Assembly: GCA_018398765.1 (NCBI GenBank)
Contig: JAHBMJ010000068.1
Location: 62,001 to 126,000 of the forward strand
Direction: 5' to 3'
DNA length: 64,000 bases
Origin: Chromera velia
Lineage: Eukaryota
Shown here: positions 14,690 to 26,223 of the stretch, piece after piece
Numbering within the stretch: the first letter of the stretch is position 1
Layout: every line of letters begins with the position of its first letter
Made by a program: the position numbers and the translations under genes
Notes under the pieces: generated by a model
The model's database searches: none
Told to the model about the DNA's origin: nothing
The model's input: the letters and a program-made list of their open reading frames with translations, nothing else

Positions 14690-14840
14690 CTTTTTTTTTC
14701 TCTCTCTTCCTCTCTCTTCCTCTCTCTGTCTTTGTCTCTCTTTCTTTCCATTTCTTTCTTTCTTTCTTTCTTTTTTTCTTTTTTCTTTTTTTCTTTCTTT
14801 CTTTCTTTCGTTCTTTCTTTCTTTCTGTCCTTTCTTTCTT
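14690..14840. repeat. Pyrimidine-rich (CTTT)n/(CT)n tract between convergent genes
   Basis: Directly visible. Confidence 0.9.
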
Positions 14841-15819
14841 GAGTCCGAGGGCCTCTATTTGCCAATCTTTTTTCTGTGTTCTCATCTGCATTCAATTGGA
14901 AGGATGTCAACATGCGCAGCAATTTCTCATTGATAAAGAAGGACACCCCTTTGAATTTTCAATCCCTTCACGTACTTTTGTTTGCCAGTTCTTTGTCGGA
15001 ATACCATTGAGAGAGACGGAATGGGGATACAGACAATCGGGCTTTTGTGCATCATTCCGTGCGTTCATGTGTGAGAGGGGGTGAATGGATCATGCATGGG
15101 TTTGCTTGGGGCTACCGAACACCAAAAGAAAAGAGACAGACTGACTGGCTGACTTAGAAACTTATGTGGATGACAAGCCAGTCAAGTGCTGCTCCTGACC
15201 TCTTTTGGTTCTGCTCCTTGAAAATTTGGGAAGATCCACTTTCACGTAGCGAGAAGCATAGAGGTCCCAGAGAAAGCACACAAGTGCCTCCCTTCACTGC
15301 GAAGGTTCTTAAATGCGATCAGCAAAGAGAGGAGAGAGAAAGGAAGAGAAGAGAAGAACAGACGGGCTGCACATTGTCTGGTTTCTTTCCTGTCGGTCGA
15401 GAGACAGAGAGAGAGAGAAAGAGAGAGACTGCTTTGACTGATTGTCCAGCGGAGACGATCGCTCAAGTTATTTTTTTGAGCTTTGATTTTGCTGCTCGAC
15501 TCCAACATGCACGTGTCCGCCTACGTACAGCAAGACTCGACAGTTAGGGGAACGAAGGATGCCTGAATGTATGCTCTTTTTTCTCGCCCTCTCTGGCACA
15601 GGAAGGAAACGAGAGAGAGATGATAAGAGACAAAAAGGCAAACATCATTTGCACTGACTCAGTGTGTGGAACTAGAACGAGGAGTGAAGCAAATCGACGG
15701 AACAAACGTACGCTCCCCTCAAAGTTTCCGACCACATATGCACGCGCGTACACACAAATATACATACATACACATCCCTCGGTCGACAGAGTCACTCATT
15801 CCGTCAGTCAATCATTCAG

Positions 15820-18800
15820 TCATATAGTCGGACTATGTTCACGAGAAAGATGCGGTGCCGGTTCGTCGTCTGGCACGTCTTCCTGACTGCATTTCCATTC
15901 CCGCTCCTCTCCCTCTCCCTCCCCTTGCCGTTCGCTTTCCTGAAGTTGACTGCTGTCGAGACCCTCTGTGTCCGGGGGCATCGGTGCGGCCTCGTCGTGC
16001 CGCAACGAATCCACTGGCTGACTGAGGGCACTGGCTCTTCTGTCCGTACTGCTTGCTCTTCTGTCTGTACTGCTGCGAGGGCTTGCAGAAAAATCAGAAG
16101 GAATGCGTGGACGGCCTGGAAGTGATCGCTTTGCTTTCTCGGGGCTGGTCTCACGGGAGACAGGAATCTCTCTGAGACCCGAGGGAAAGTCTGATTGTTG
16201 TCGCCGAGAAGGAGAAGGAGAGTGACTCGGGTCCTCTCCTTCAACGATCCCGTTGGGGCTTAGGCTGCCCTTAAATGAAACAGCACTTGAGGTTGCAGCA
16301 TTAGGAGAAACAGGCAGGGTGAAAAACCTCGCACGGGACTCCCTCTTTTCTAACCGTGGAGGCGCCCCAGGCAGTCGGGAGCTCGAACGCCTTAGTGCCC
16401 CCTCCCCTCTCGGCCTCAGGGGATGTTCTCCCACCGGCATGTCCGCGTACGGAGAGAAGACTTCGACAGCCAATACCTCGCCCTGCTCGTTCTCGTCTCC
16501 CATCAAAATTCGGGAAGGGTCTGGAGGCCCTTGGTGATCGGGGCTCTGACTGTTATGAGACGAGCTCTGAAGCGAATCTTCCTCCCTGAATGAGGACCTT
16601 CTTTTATTCTGCAATTAGAGAGATCAATCGATCAACGAAGGAAGAAGGAAGACAATGATAGTCAGAGAAAATGGACCAAGAGATACAGATACGTGCGCCC
16701 ACAGGGCAAAACAAAGCACATCTTTGTGAGGTTTTTAAATTCGGATATCACCATGCACTACAGCTAGGAGGAATTGAATGATGATGCACTGCATGGCTGG
16801 GTGGCAGCACTTTTGCTGCAAGCTCCCTTTGTCCATGGCTGATGCGCGATTTCGCATCAAACAATAGCAAGTGGTTGCATGAAGAAAATAGGAAAGGCAA
16901 CAAATCGACGCGAATGCATGGAGACAAAGGCACGGCCCAGAAAGCTGACGGCACCCACTCACAAAGTCACGCATATATGTATATATGTGAATATTATATG
17001 GAGAGGGAGAGAGGAAAAAAAAAGAGAAGAGAAAAGAATGCAGGGGAGCTTGAGACGACGCACAGATCGAGAAAGAAGAACGTCGAACGGAGAAGAGACG
17101 TGCACGGACTTAAAAGCACTCACAGAAAAACAAAAAGGCACAGACACGCAGACAGAAGATCGCCAGAGTGTCTGTGCTTCCTCGCTTGCCTAAATGCCTT
17201 CCTGGCTGACTGACTGACATCTGCCTTTCCCTTTCTGCTTCTTGGTGTGAAGAGGTCGTCTTCTTCGTCCTCTCCGTCCGCCCCTATAACCTCAATGCCC
17301 CCACACGATGAGCACAGACAGCACCAAGGTCTGCTGATTTTTCTTCTCAAAAGCTGGGGATAAAACTTTCTCAGCATTTTCACAAGTCGATTTTCCTCTT
17401 TCATCTCCATGTCGAAAAGAATTCGTTCGTATTTCAGGATGAACCTGCAAACAAAACGTCCCCGAAAGGAACCCTCTTTCTTTGACATGAACGACAAAAC
17501 CGTTATCCTGTTTCTTCACTCACGTTGTCATGTTTGTCATTCATATCGAACTCAAGGAGATGGATCGTTCAATTGATTTGGAAAGGCAATGATTGAAGAG
17601 GCAAACGCGTGCATTTGCAAAAAGAATTGCAGAGAGTGAGGTCATCAAAACGACATGAAGAAACAAAAAACAGCTACAAAAAGGGAAGAAAAGCAGCGAG
17701 AAAGCTAGGAGAGGGACATACCAGCAGAAGGCCACAGGATCTCGAGTCAGAGGGTAGGGCTCAATCTGCAGACCGATCGCTTCGACTCTTTTGGCCCGTT
17801 TCAGCACTGTCTCGTCCGATAGACCCGCCAGCATTGCCCGAATACCCAACAGAGCGTGCTGCAAGGGTCCAGCCACGCGGCGCCAGACAAAAAATCCCCC
17901 CGCAATTTTAATTGTGAGGGCCAGAAACAGAATCACCGTCATCGACGTGATTCGAAGGGCCCTGCAATCATCAACAGAAGTCAAGCAACAACCGCAAAAT
18001 AAAGGCATGCATTTATGTGAAGCCATCTATTTATGTATCCATCGGTCCATTTTTCTCTCCCTCAATGTCCCTCCCCCATCTCTCTAGCTGCAGTTTCGTC
18101 GATTCAAATTTAAAGAAGAGACAGACAGAAGTATGGTGGAATGACGAGAAAGATGTTCGGCCCAACTGAGGTTTGAAGAACCCGACAAGCGTGCAGACAC
18201 AGGAGTGAGGAGAAAAGGATGCAATCCGCGTCAGACAGCTTGATGACCACAGCCTTCCAATGCGTGCGTCAGTATTTGGCCTCTCACCTCGTGGGGTTGT
18301 CCTCGCCTGTCCAGACCCCCCGGACGAGAAAGACGGCATCGTAGCGCTCCGAGGTCGGGACAAAGTTGATCAAGTCGGGGGGTGCCTGCGCGAGCGTGAA
18401 AATTCACACAGAATTGATTGATTTCTACTCACATGTGCGCAAAATGTGTGAAAAATGGAACAGGGAAACAATGTGTCGACTTAGATCGTGCGAACAGAGT
18501 GAAGGAAAAGACCTTCTGTGAGACAGGCTCCAGGATTGTATGAAAGCAGTTTCCTCTTCTTGAAACAAACTGCCACGCGAGATCTGATCTCTGTTTCCTG
18601 AAATAAAGAAAACAGCCTCTGAGACGAAATGCCCTTCGAACAGAATGAGGTTTCAACCGGTGCGCCGTTGTCGAGTGTGATGTGCATCGGAGACTCTCTG
18701 AGTGAACTGAGAAGCCGAATGCAAGGTGACAGGGGAGTTCGAGTAGGGAAGCCTTTGGGCATTCTGTCGATGCAAGAAGGCAAATGAGTCGATCCGCAGC

Positions 18801-20119
18801 CATGCACACCCACGAAACATGAACCTCTCTCAAGAGTAGTTACAGATCTACACCTCAGTCCACGCTCTACCACCTTCCTGATTGACTCCTCAAAGACATA
18901 CCCCCCTTCGAAAAGACAGAGCAATTTAGGAACAAAAGTACGTGCCAGGAAACACAGGAAGGACGGCAGATCCACTCACCTGGACTGCCGAGACAAAATA
19001 CTGTCTGTCCCTCAGGTCCATCATAATCGATCGTTGCGTCCCCGTCTCGGCGTCTCGCAGCAGGTCCTTCAGTGCCGTCTCTTGGCCTTCTGCAATGTCC
19101 ACATCCACACGCAGCTCGCTGGCGTCGTATGCTTCCTGTGCTCTCTCCAACTCCCTCTCTGGTTCGACCAGCTGTCGCAAACCGGCCAAAATCTCTCCGC
19201 CCATTGTGAGAGATGGAGGCTCCGAAAGAAGAGATCCCAGAAGAACCGGTTCTCGGATACCGTCTCCGTTCGTGTCTGCGAGGATGTAGATGGCTACATA
19301 CCCCCTCTGAAAGGCCGTCATGGACCATTCGTTGATCGCCGTTTTGCCATTCAGCATATCGGCAGAGATCAGGACAGCTTCCACTGCACCCGACTTTGTG
19401 GTGTCGCTGGACGCGTACACCGGGGTTGCAGTAAATCTGCATCATGCGCATATTCGTGCACGTGTTTCTTTTGTCGCCTGACTTCTATCTGTGTCTTTAT
19501 AATGATAAGCCTCGATCACTCTCTGTACTTGGTCAACCGGCAGTTTGGCATAAAGCATTGAGGCTCTTCAGTATGCTTCAAATAATTCTCTCACGAGACT
19601 GCCTTCTGGTTATGGATTTCTCTACCCACTCTCGATGCAAGGATGATTCACAGCAAATCTTCCTTCAGTCTGGTGGTGTGCATCCATCCAGGTTCACTTC
19701 GGTGTGAATACTCGATACCAGCTACGCAGATCGGAAAGGTGCGCCCAAAGCGATCATAGCAGACACCCAGGTCGTTTCTCTTATTTCTTTCTTTCGAGGA
19801 GAGACCGACCTGCCGACAATAGGCGCTGTGTCCTCCTGGCAGATGTCAGCTGCCGACAGTTTGGAGACTGAAAACTCCGCGTCAGTGTCCGAGAGACCGG
19901 TGTACCCTAGAAGAGCCAGCTTGTCATCCCACTCGGGGGATCCGAGGGGTTTGACGTCGGCAAATGTGATCGCGTCGGTTGCAATGATCTGCTTTTTGGT
20001 GTTCACAACGCGCTGTGGTAGGTCGTTGTACGTGTACTTGGATCCCTCAAAGCTCTGGTCGAGAGAGGTCGCAACAGCCATGACCCACAAATCTGGCACC
20101 TGAGGGAAGGAATACACAG

Positions 20120-20154
<35 letters not shown>

Positions 20155-23100
20155 AGCAGGTGAGATGTAGAGGTGGTATGTATAATGAAGCTCCGACCAA
20201 AGATTCGCATCCACAAAGAGCAGTATGCGCATACGCAAAGGGAGATGTACAGCGACATCAGTCTTTGTTTCACTTGAGTGGGTTTGATTTGACTCTGCTG
20301 TCCGGACGCTTTCCCGTTTTCCGGTACCCTCCTTTCCCTCTGACTGTTTCTTTGACCGAGCTGCTCTCTCTTTCTAGCCCCAAAGCAGGTCGAGACTTTT
20401 CATTTAATTTCTCTTACATTATTCTTTCAGAAATGGATGTATAGTACTTCGGTCAGTCATCGCAAGTTGGAGGCCTTCTCTGAAGAGGTCGCTAGACCCC
20501 GTGGAGAATTGAAACTCGAATGCCACTACGCGCACAACATATTTGCACGGATGGAAGTTTTTTTGTATCTTCTTTGTGCCCTTTTTCTCCATTGAAAATT
20601 CTCCAGAGACTGTTTCTACACTTTTTGATCTCCATCTCACGAGGCTTCGAATGAAATTTAGTCACCAGATACTCACCAATCTGGAGCACACCCTGAGGCC
20701 TGTGCTCGACTTTCCTTTCCAACGGAAAGACTCACCTTGACCATCATGGCGACCTCAATTTTCCTCACGTTGACTTCTCCATTCAGTGCGCTCCTGACCG
20801 AGCTAAGACTCGACGAAGAGGCGACCTCTGAGGGAGAGGTCAGAGAGGAGACTGTCCGCACCGCCGCGTTGTTGGAGACGCCACGAAATCCAAAAGCCAT
20901 CTGGTTCACCTGCACTCACCCACCCATTCAACCACTATTTCACTCACTCACTCACTCACTCACTCACTCATTCATTCATTCATTCATTCATTCATTCATT
21001 CCCAAATGATAGAAAGTTGATGGTGGGTTCATCGAGCCATGCACTTTCCCAGAGAAATACTCACCAATGCATTCATTTACCAGCTCGCTCCTTCATTCTC
21101 TCGGAAGATCATCTGTCAACTGATAAGCAATGCCTCACTCACCAGCTTAGGCAATTCACAGGAGAAAGGGAAGAAGGCCAAAACCACAGTCAACCAGAGC
21201 AACTCCATCTCTTTCACTCCCTATCTTCGCTTACCGTGTTTGGGGGAAGGCAAATTGGATAATAATCAAGCTAAATGTTTTTCTGTCGAGCTATCCAGCG
21301 GTCTGTCTGTTTCTCTGTCTGTCGGGCTGTTTTTGAGTGCGTCTGTCTGTCTGTCTGTCTGATGTACATAAAGGAAACAAGGCAGAAGAAGAAACATGTA
21401 GTCCGTCTGATTGACTGACCTTGATCATGTATGCGATGGAGAGCATATTGGCCTCGTCGACCGCCTGACTCTCGAGGTTTGCTGTCATCAGATTCAGACT
21501 GAGGTACAAAGTCATGACCATCAGCGAGAGGCCGACGACAGAGACGAGGGAGTCCAAAAGAAGTGTGCGGAGAGACGGGAGACGCCAGTGGCACACAGCC
21601 TTCAAAAATTGATGTCTGTCAGAGATTACTGACCGTCGCAAATCCTTCACTCGCAGCTCGATCTCCTCATCATTGAAAAAGTCAGACAAATGGTCAGAGC
21701 CTACTGAAGTCTGACGATTGTATTTTGCCGCCGCTTGATTGTTCATCGGCTGGGGGCGTTTTTGTGCTGCCAATTTCTTTTTTCTCATTTTCTCTTCCAA
21801 CTGCTTTTGTTTCGCCAGTTTTTCTGCCTCGACCCTCTTGCTCTGGTACAATGGTTGATTTTGGTTGGCGAGTCTGTACAACTCCTCCCTGTTGGTCAGA
21901 TACGCTCTGGCGGGCTTTGCAGCTCTCCACACGGGCAAGAGCGCCCCTGTGAAGACGAAGATCACACCAATAATGTCTGCAGCGCGACTGAGGGCCTCAA
22001 GGACTCTGATGATGGTGAAGGACTGACGGGTGTCCTCTCTTTCAACAAAGAGACCACGAACGATAAAAGCAGACCCAGTCTTACGGAGCACTGCGTTTTC
22101 ATCGGGTGCTTCGGTATTCTCAAACAAGCGTGGGTTGATCCTCTTTCCCAGCAGAATGATCTCCTGATCGTCGACTCTGCCAGTCCCCCATACTGTTCTC
22201 CTATGGTCAGAAACTGCTTGGAGACGATTCACTAGCTGCACATGCAGTTGTCAAGCCATATGCATTCATATGCGTCAAGGTTATGGTCACATGAGAGAGA
22301 ATTGGTCTATGAATCGATCGACGAAAGACATTCATGCATCGACAGTGCAGCGCTGGGAGCAAACAGATGGACTGTAGCACAGGAGCAACGAGACAACGGA
22401 TACGCACAACGAGAAAGGGCAAGCCTTTGTGCAGACAAACGGACAAAGTAAGACACAAATAGCTAAACAGACATCCAGACAAATGGACAAACAAACCGGC
22501 AGGCCGGCACACAGACAGACCGGGAAAAAATCAAAAAGTCAGACTGCGGGACTTTCTTTTTTTTCCCTTCTTTTTTGAAAACAACAGAGAAGGCAGGCGA
22601 ACAGGCAGACATACCGACAAGCGAACAGATGGACGGACAGAAGACAGACAAGCAAGCTGGCAGATTCATAGAGACAGACAGGCAGACAGACGTTTTGCGC
22701 GTCATCACCCAGTTCAATTTGCGACGCTCTAGGAAACCCGTTACTTTTGTAGAACTCTGTCACGAGCCGGGGCCCGTCAACCCCCGGGAAGGAGAGGTAC
22801 ACTGCTGCATATCCACTTCCCAGAGCGTTCACAACTCGTTCAGGAACTGCACGCAGGCACCACAGACAAGTGAGTACTTGTAGATGGACAGATTCTCCGA
22901 CTTCCTCACGAACACACGCACACACACATGCGGACAGCTTCAGGAATACCTTCTGGTTCTCGTCGGTGCAATCTTACCGCGGTTTTTGATCTCACTTCCT
23001 GTGCATTCCGCATATTGACTGACGCATGCAAACAGACAGAGACATTCATGCACACGCAGAGTAAATATGTGATCCATACTGTTTTCTTTTTTCTCTGCCT

Positions 23101-23202
23101 TCATTCAACCTCTATTCCTTTTTTCTGTTCATTGTTGTATTCCAATTGATTTAATTTTGTCCCAGTGGTTGATCGATCGATCGATCGATCAGTCGATGGA
23201 TC

Positions 23203-23239
<37 letters not shown>

Positions 23240-23240
23240 C

Positions 23241-23273
<33 letters not shown>

Positions 23274-23508
23274 GGAGTCGGCTGCACGCATGATCGACTG
23301 ACTGACTGAATGACTGACGGACTGACTGACTGACTGGACTGACTGACTGAAGGACGGACTGACGGACGGACGGGCTCACGGACTGACTGACTGACTGACT
23401 GGACTGACTGACTGACGGAAGGACTGACGGACTGACGGACTGGACTGACTGGACTGACTGACTGACTGACTGGACTGACTGACTGACTGACTGGCTGACT
23501 GGCTGACT

Positions 23509-23540
<32 letters not shown>

Positions 23541-25309
23541 TGCAGCCTTCCCATCCACGATGTCCCCTGCCACCAGAATTCCCAGGAGACTCCCACTGGA
23601 GACAATGGGTGTGAGCATCCATCTGACCAGAGGGTCCGTCCCGGTGTCCCATGGATGGAGGGGGGGGGAGGGGTCTGCCTCCTGATCCCTCTCTCTGTGG
23701 ATCGGCGGGTTCTGCAGGCACACACACCCGAGACACCCATTCATTTCGTTCGTTCGTTCGCTTAATCATTCCCTTATTCATTCGTTCATGCGCTCATTTG
23801 CGCATCCATCCATGCATTCATTCATTCATTCAAGCGTGCACATTGGCTGAGAGACCGGCTGATCAAGACACCAGAGGTTTATGGACAAAGAGACATGCGG
23901 ACATTGACACAAGATCAGGCATTGACAACGAGACCCACTGCAAAGAAATGGAAACGCAAAAGGACACAGATATGGAGGTCCAGTGCAAAAGAGGCAACCA
24001 AAAAAGGTGCGGACAAGCAAAGACTTCTTTCTCCCAAATGAGGCCACTGAGCTGTTTGTCTAGAAAAGATCATGTCACGGACCTCTCTTCTGACATCTGT
24101 GAAGGCCAAAATTTCCGTTGTCTTGATCTGGCCCAGGCTCCAGTGATTCCTCATGATCGTCACCAGCCCCGCCGGATCCCAGAGCTCTCCAGTTCTGTTC
24201 GAATTGGCGTTCACAACAATCATTCCGTTGGCATCCAGCAAAGTCGCATACTCGATTTTTCGATTTGTAATCTCAGCCGCCAATGCAGACCGAGAGGTGG
24301 CCTCATACGTCGCGATGTCAGCCCAGTTGGCCGAAGATCCCAGTGCCCTCTCGGCCAGCAGGGCTCGGTGGTTGGGGTTGCGGGACTGTCCTTTGAACCC
24401 GAATCCAATCTGGTCCATTTTCAGGCCTGCACGAAGGATTCAGCCAGACGGGCGGACCAATCACGAAATTAACTTATGCTGTAAAGTGTGACTTATGGAT
24501 GTGAAACTGATTTAAGGTTTGCTTGTTCGCCTACCGCTGCAAGACACGATGTATGGCTCGCTCCGGAGGATAGGATGGACGGTAAGAATACTCTCACTGT
24601 TGTGTGCTGAGCCTTTGACTTAGACCTCCTACCCATCTGCGGCTACATGCATTCTTTTGTGCTCACGCGTCCCGGTACAGCCCCATACACCCACCAATGA
24701 GAGACAAGAACGACTTTAAATTTCATTTCCAGCCGGCGGTCACACGGAAGGAGCTGGAATCAATTGCAAAAGAGGAGCACTTCGGACAAGCAAAGTTATA
24801 TTTCAGGGCAAGAATGATGCAGGAAAGGCGTCCCAAATATAAAGAAAGTGCACGATGCAGAACGAGCAGCGACATTGAAAGGAAAGCTCTTGTTGGCAAA
24901 CCCACACAATCAGAGAGAGACAGAAATTGGGCACGCTTACAGGCAAGCCGCCCATGGACATAGACTTACCGTAAGTCACTTCCAATAGATGGAGCTGCGG
25001 CCGCGCCTTCTCCATTCTCGTGTAGTTGAACGCTGCTGTGAACACTGCAGATTCTGCGTACGTCATTGCGATAATGAGCATCTCCAAGAATCCAATTGCC
25101 AGCAGGACTTTGAAGACCAAACTCAAGCGATGCCAAGCATCTGACAGTCTTCTGAAGACTGTCACGCGCTTGTGGAAGAAATCTTTTAAGCCCCTGTACG
25201 CTCTTTTACCGGCCTGGCTTTGATCGGTGCAGTCCGACCTATTTGTCCCGAAGCCTGACGTCCCTTGTGTCTTACTGTCTGACCTTGACGGTTGGTCATT
25301 GTCCGACAT
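15820..25309 (-). CDS. Four-TM membrane protein with two tandem extracytoplasmic sensor domains similar to cyanobacterial MCP periplasmic (Cache-like) domains; 12 exons, ~1366 aa
   Basis: Exons 5'->3': 25309-24970, 24426-24083, 23711-23540, 22846-22692, 22235-21420, 20909-20736, 20099-19810, 19436-18980, 18385-18288, 17961-17722, 17444-17219, 16608-15820. All are GT-AG and phase-consistent (4101 nt). The internal duplication is directly visible: YGLKMDQIGFGFKGQSRN / YMIKVNQMAFGFRGVSNN; EITNRKIEYATLL / EVNVRKIEVAMMV; LVAGDIVDGK / LISADMLNGK; GSGYAAVY / QRGYVAIY; FIVRG / FLVRG. Each copy is flanked by hydrophobic helices. Confidence 0.85.
23204..23539. repeat. Intronic compound (GT)n/(GA)n/(GACT)n microsatellite starting at a splice donor
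   Basis: The minus strand reads GTCAGTCTGTCAGTCAGTCA... from the donor at 23539. Confidence 0.95.
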
Positions 25310-25682
25310 TTTGCTGTTCCCGACTCACTCCAACTGTTTCCTTCGTGACTGCTGCAAATGGAAGGATTGACCGCCTTGTGTGCAGACAGAGAAGAGGCTT
25401 CCTCCAGAAGCCGGTCTCTCTCCTTACTCGCCGATACAGACGCTGCTGTCTGCTCAGATGTGACGGAACAACTTCTGTTCAACTGTTTGAAAATCCAAGC
25501 ATGCACATTTGTGCGTAAGCCGGATACATGCCCTCACGCATTCGATCGAGTCAGCATTGTGATTCGTGATGTATATGAAAATGCCCCCGCCTGTATACTT
25601 AGCTTTGTGTCTTCACCACCGTGATGACGAGAAGAGACTGCGTTGGAAAGATGTTGCAAAGAACGCGGTCAGACAGTGGCCG

Positions 25683-25830
25683 GTGCATGCATGCATGCAG
25701 AAAAAAGAAAGAATTAATGCATGCATCATTGCTGGTACGTCCGTCCATCCATCCGTCGACCTCATGCATTGCATATCTCGACCTGAGATCGCCTGCGTGA
25801 CTCGATCGATTCGACGGCACTCATGCACTC
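25683..25830. promoter_or_regulatory. TGCATGCA cluster in the divergent promoter of the sensor-domain gene and the disordered-protein gene
   Basis: GTGCATGCATGCATGCAG, ATGCATGCAT and CATGCA copies lie midway in the 914-bp head-to-head interval. Confidence 0.55.
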
Positions 25831-26223
25831 ATTCACCTCTCAGCTGAAGTCGGAACAACAAAAGTGATTCACCCCATCATCATACACAGACAACTCGCAA
25901 GAAAGAGACTTCCGCTACTTCTGAAAACTGCAGAAGAACATGATTTAATCGCTGAGTGATCTCGGCTCGGTTGGAACGTGATAAATCCAGGAGCGGGGGT
26001 CTGAACGAAGACATCGCTGTACGGCAAGTAAAGGGCGCTCATCGACTTGTCCGTTGTCATTGCGTTGGTTGACCACTTGCCTTGAGCCTGCTCGGATCGC
26101 GGGTGCCAGTGCCAATTGAATTCTGGGCACGGCAACACGAGCTGGGCAAACAAGGACGAATTAGAGACAAATCCGCAAACCAAAGCACAACATCTTTTGG
26201 AAAAGGACCCGTAGGCGTGGACG

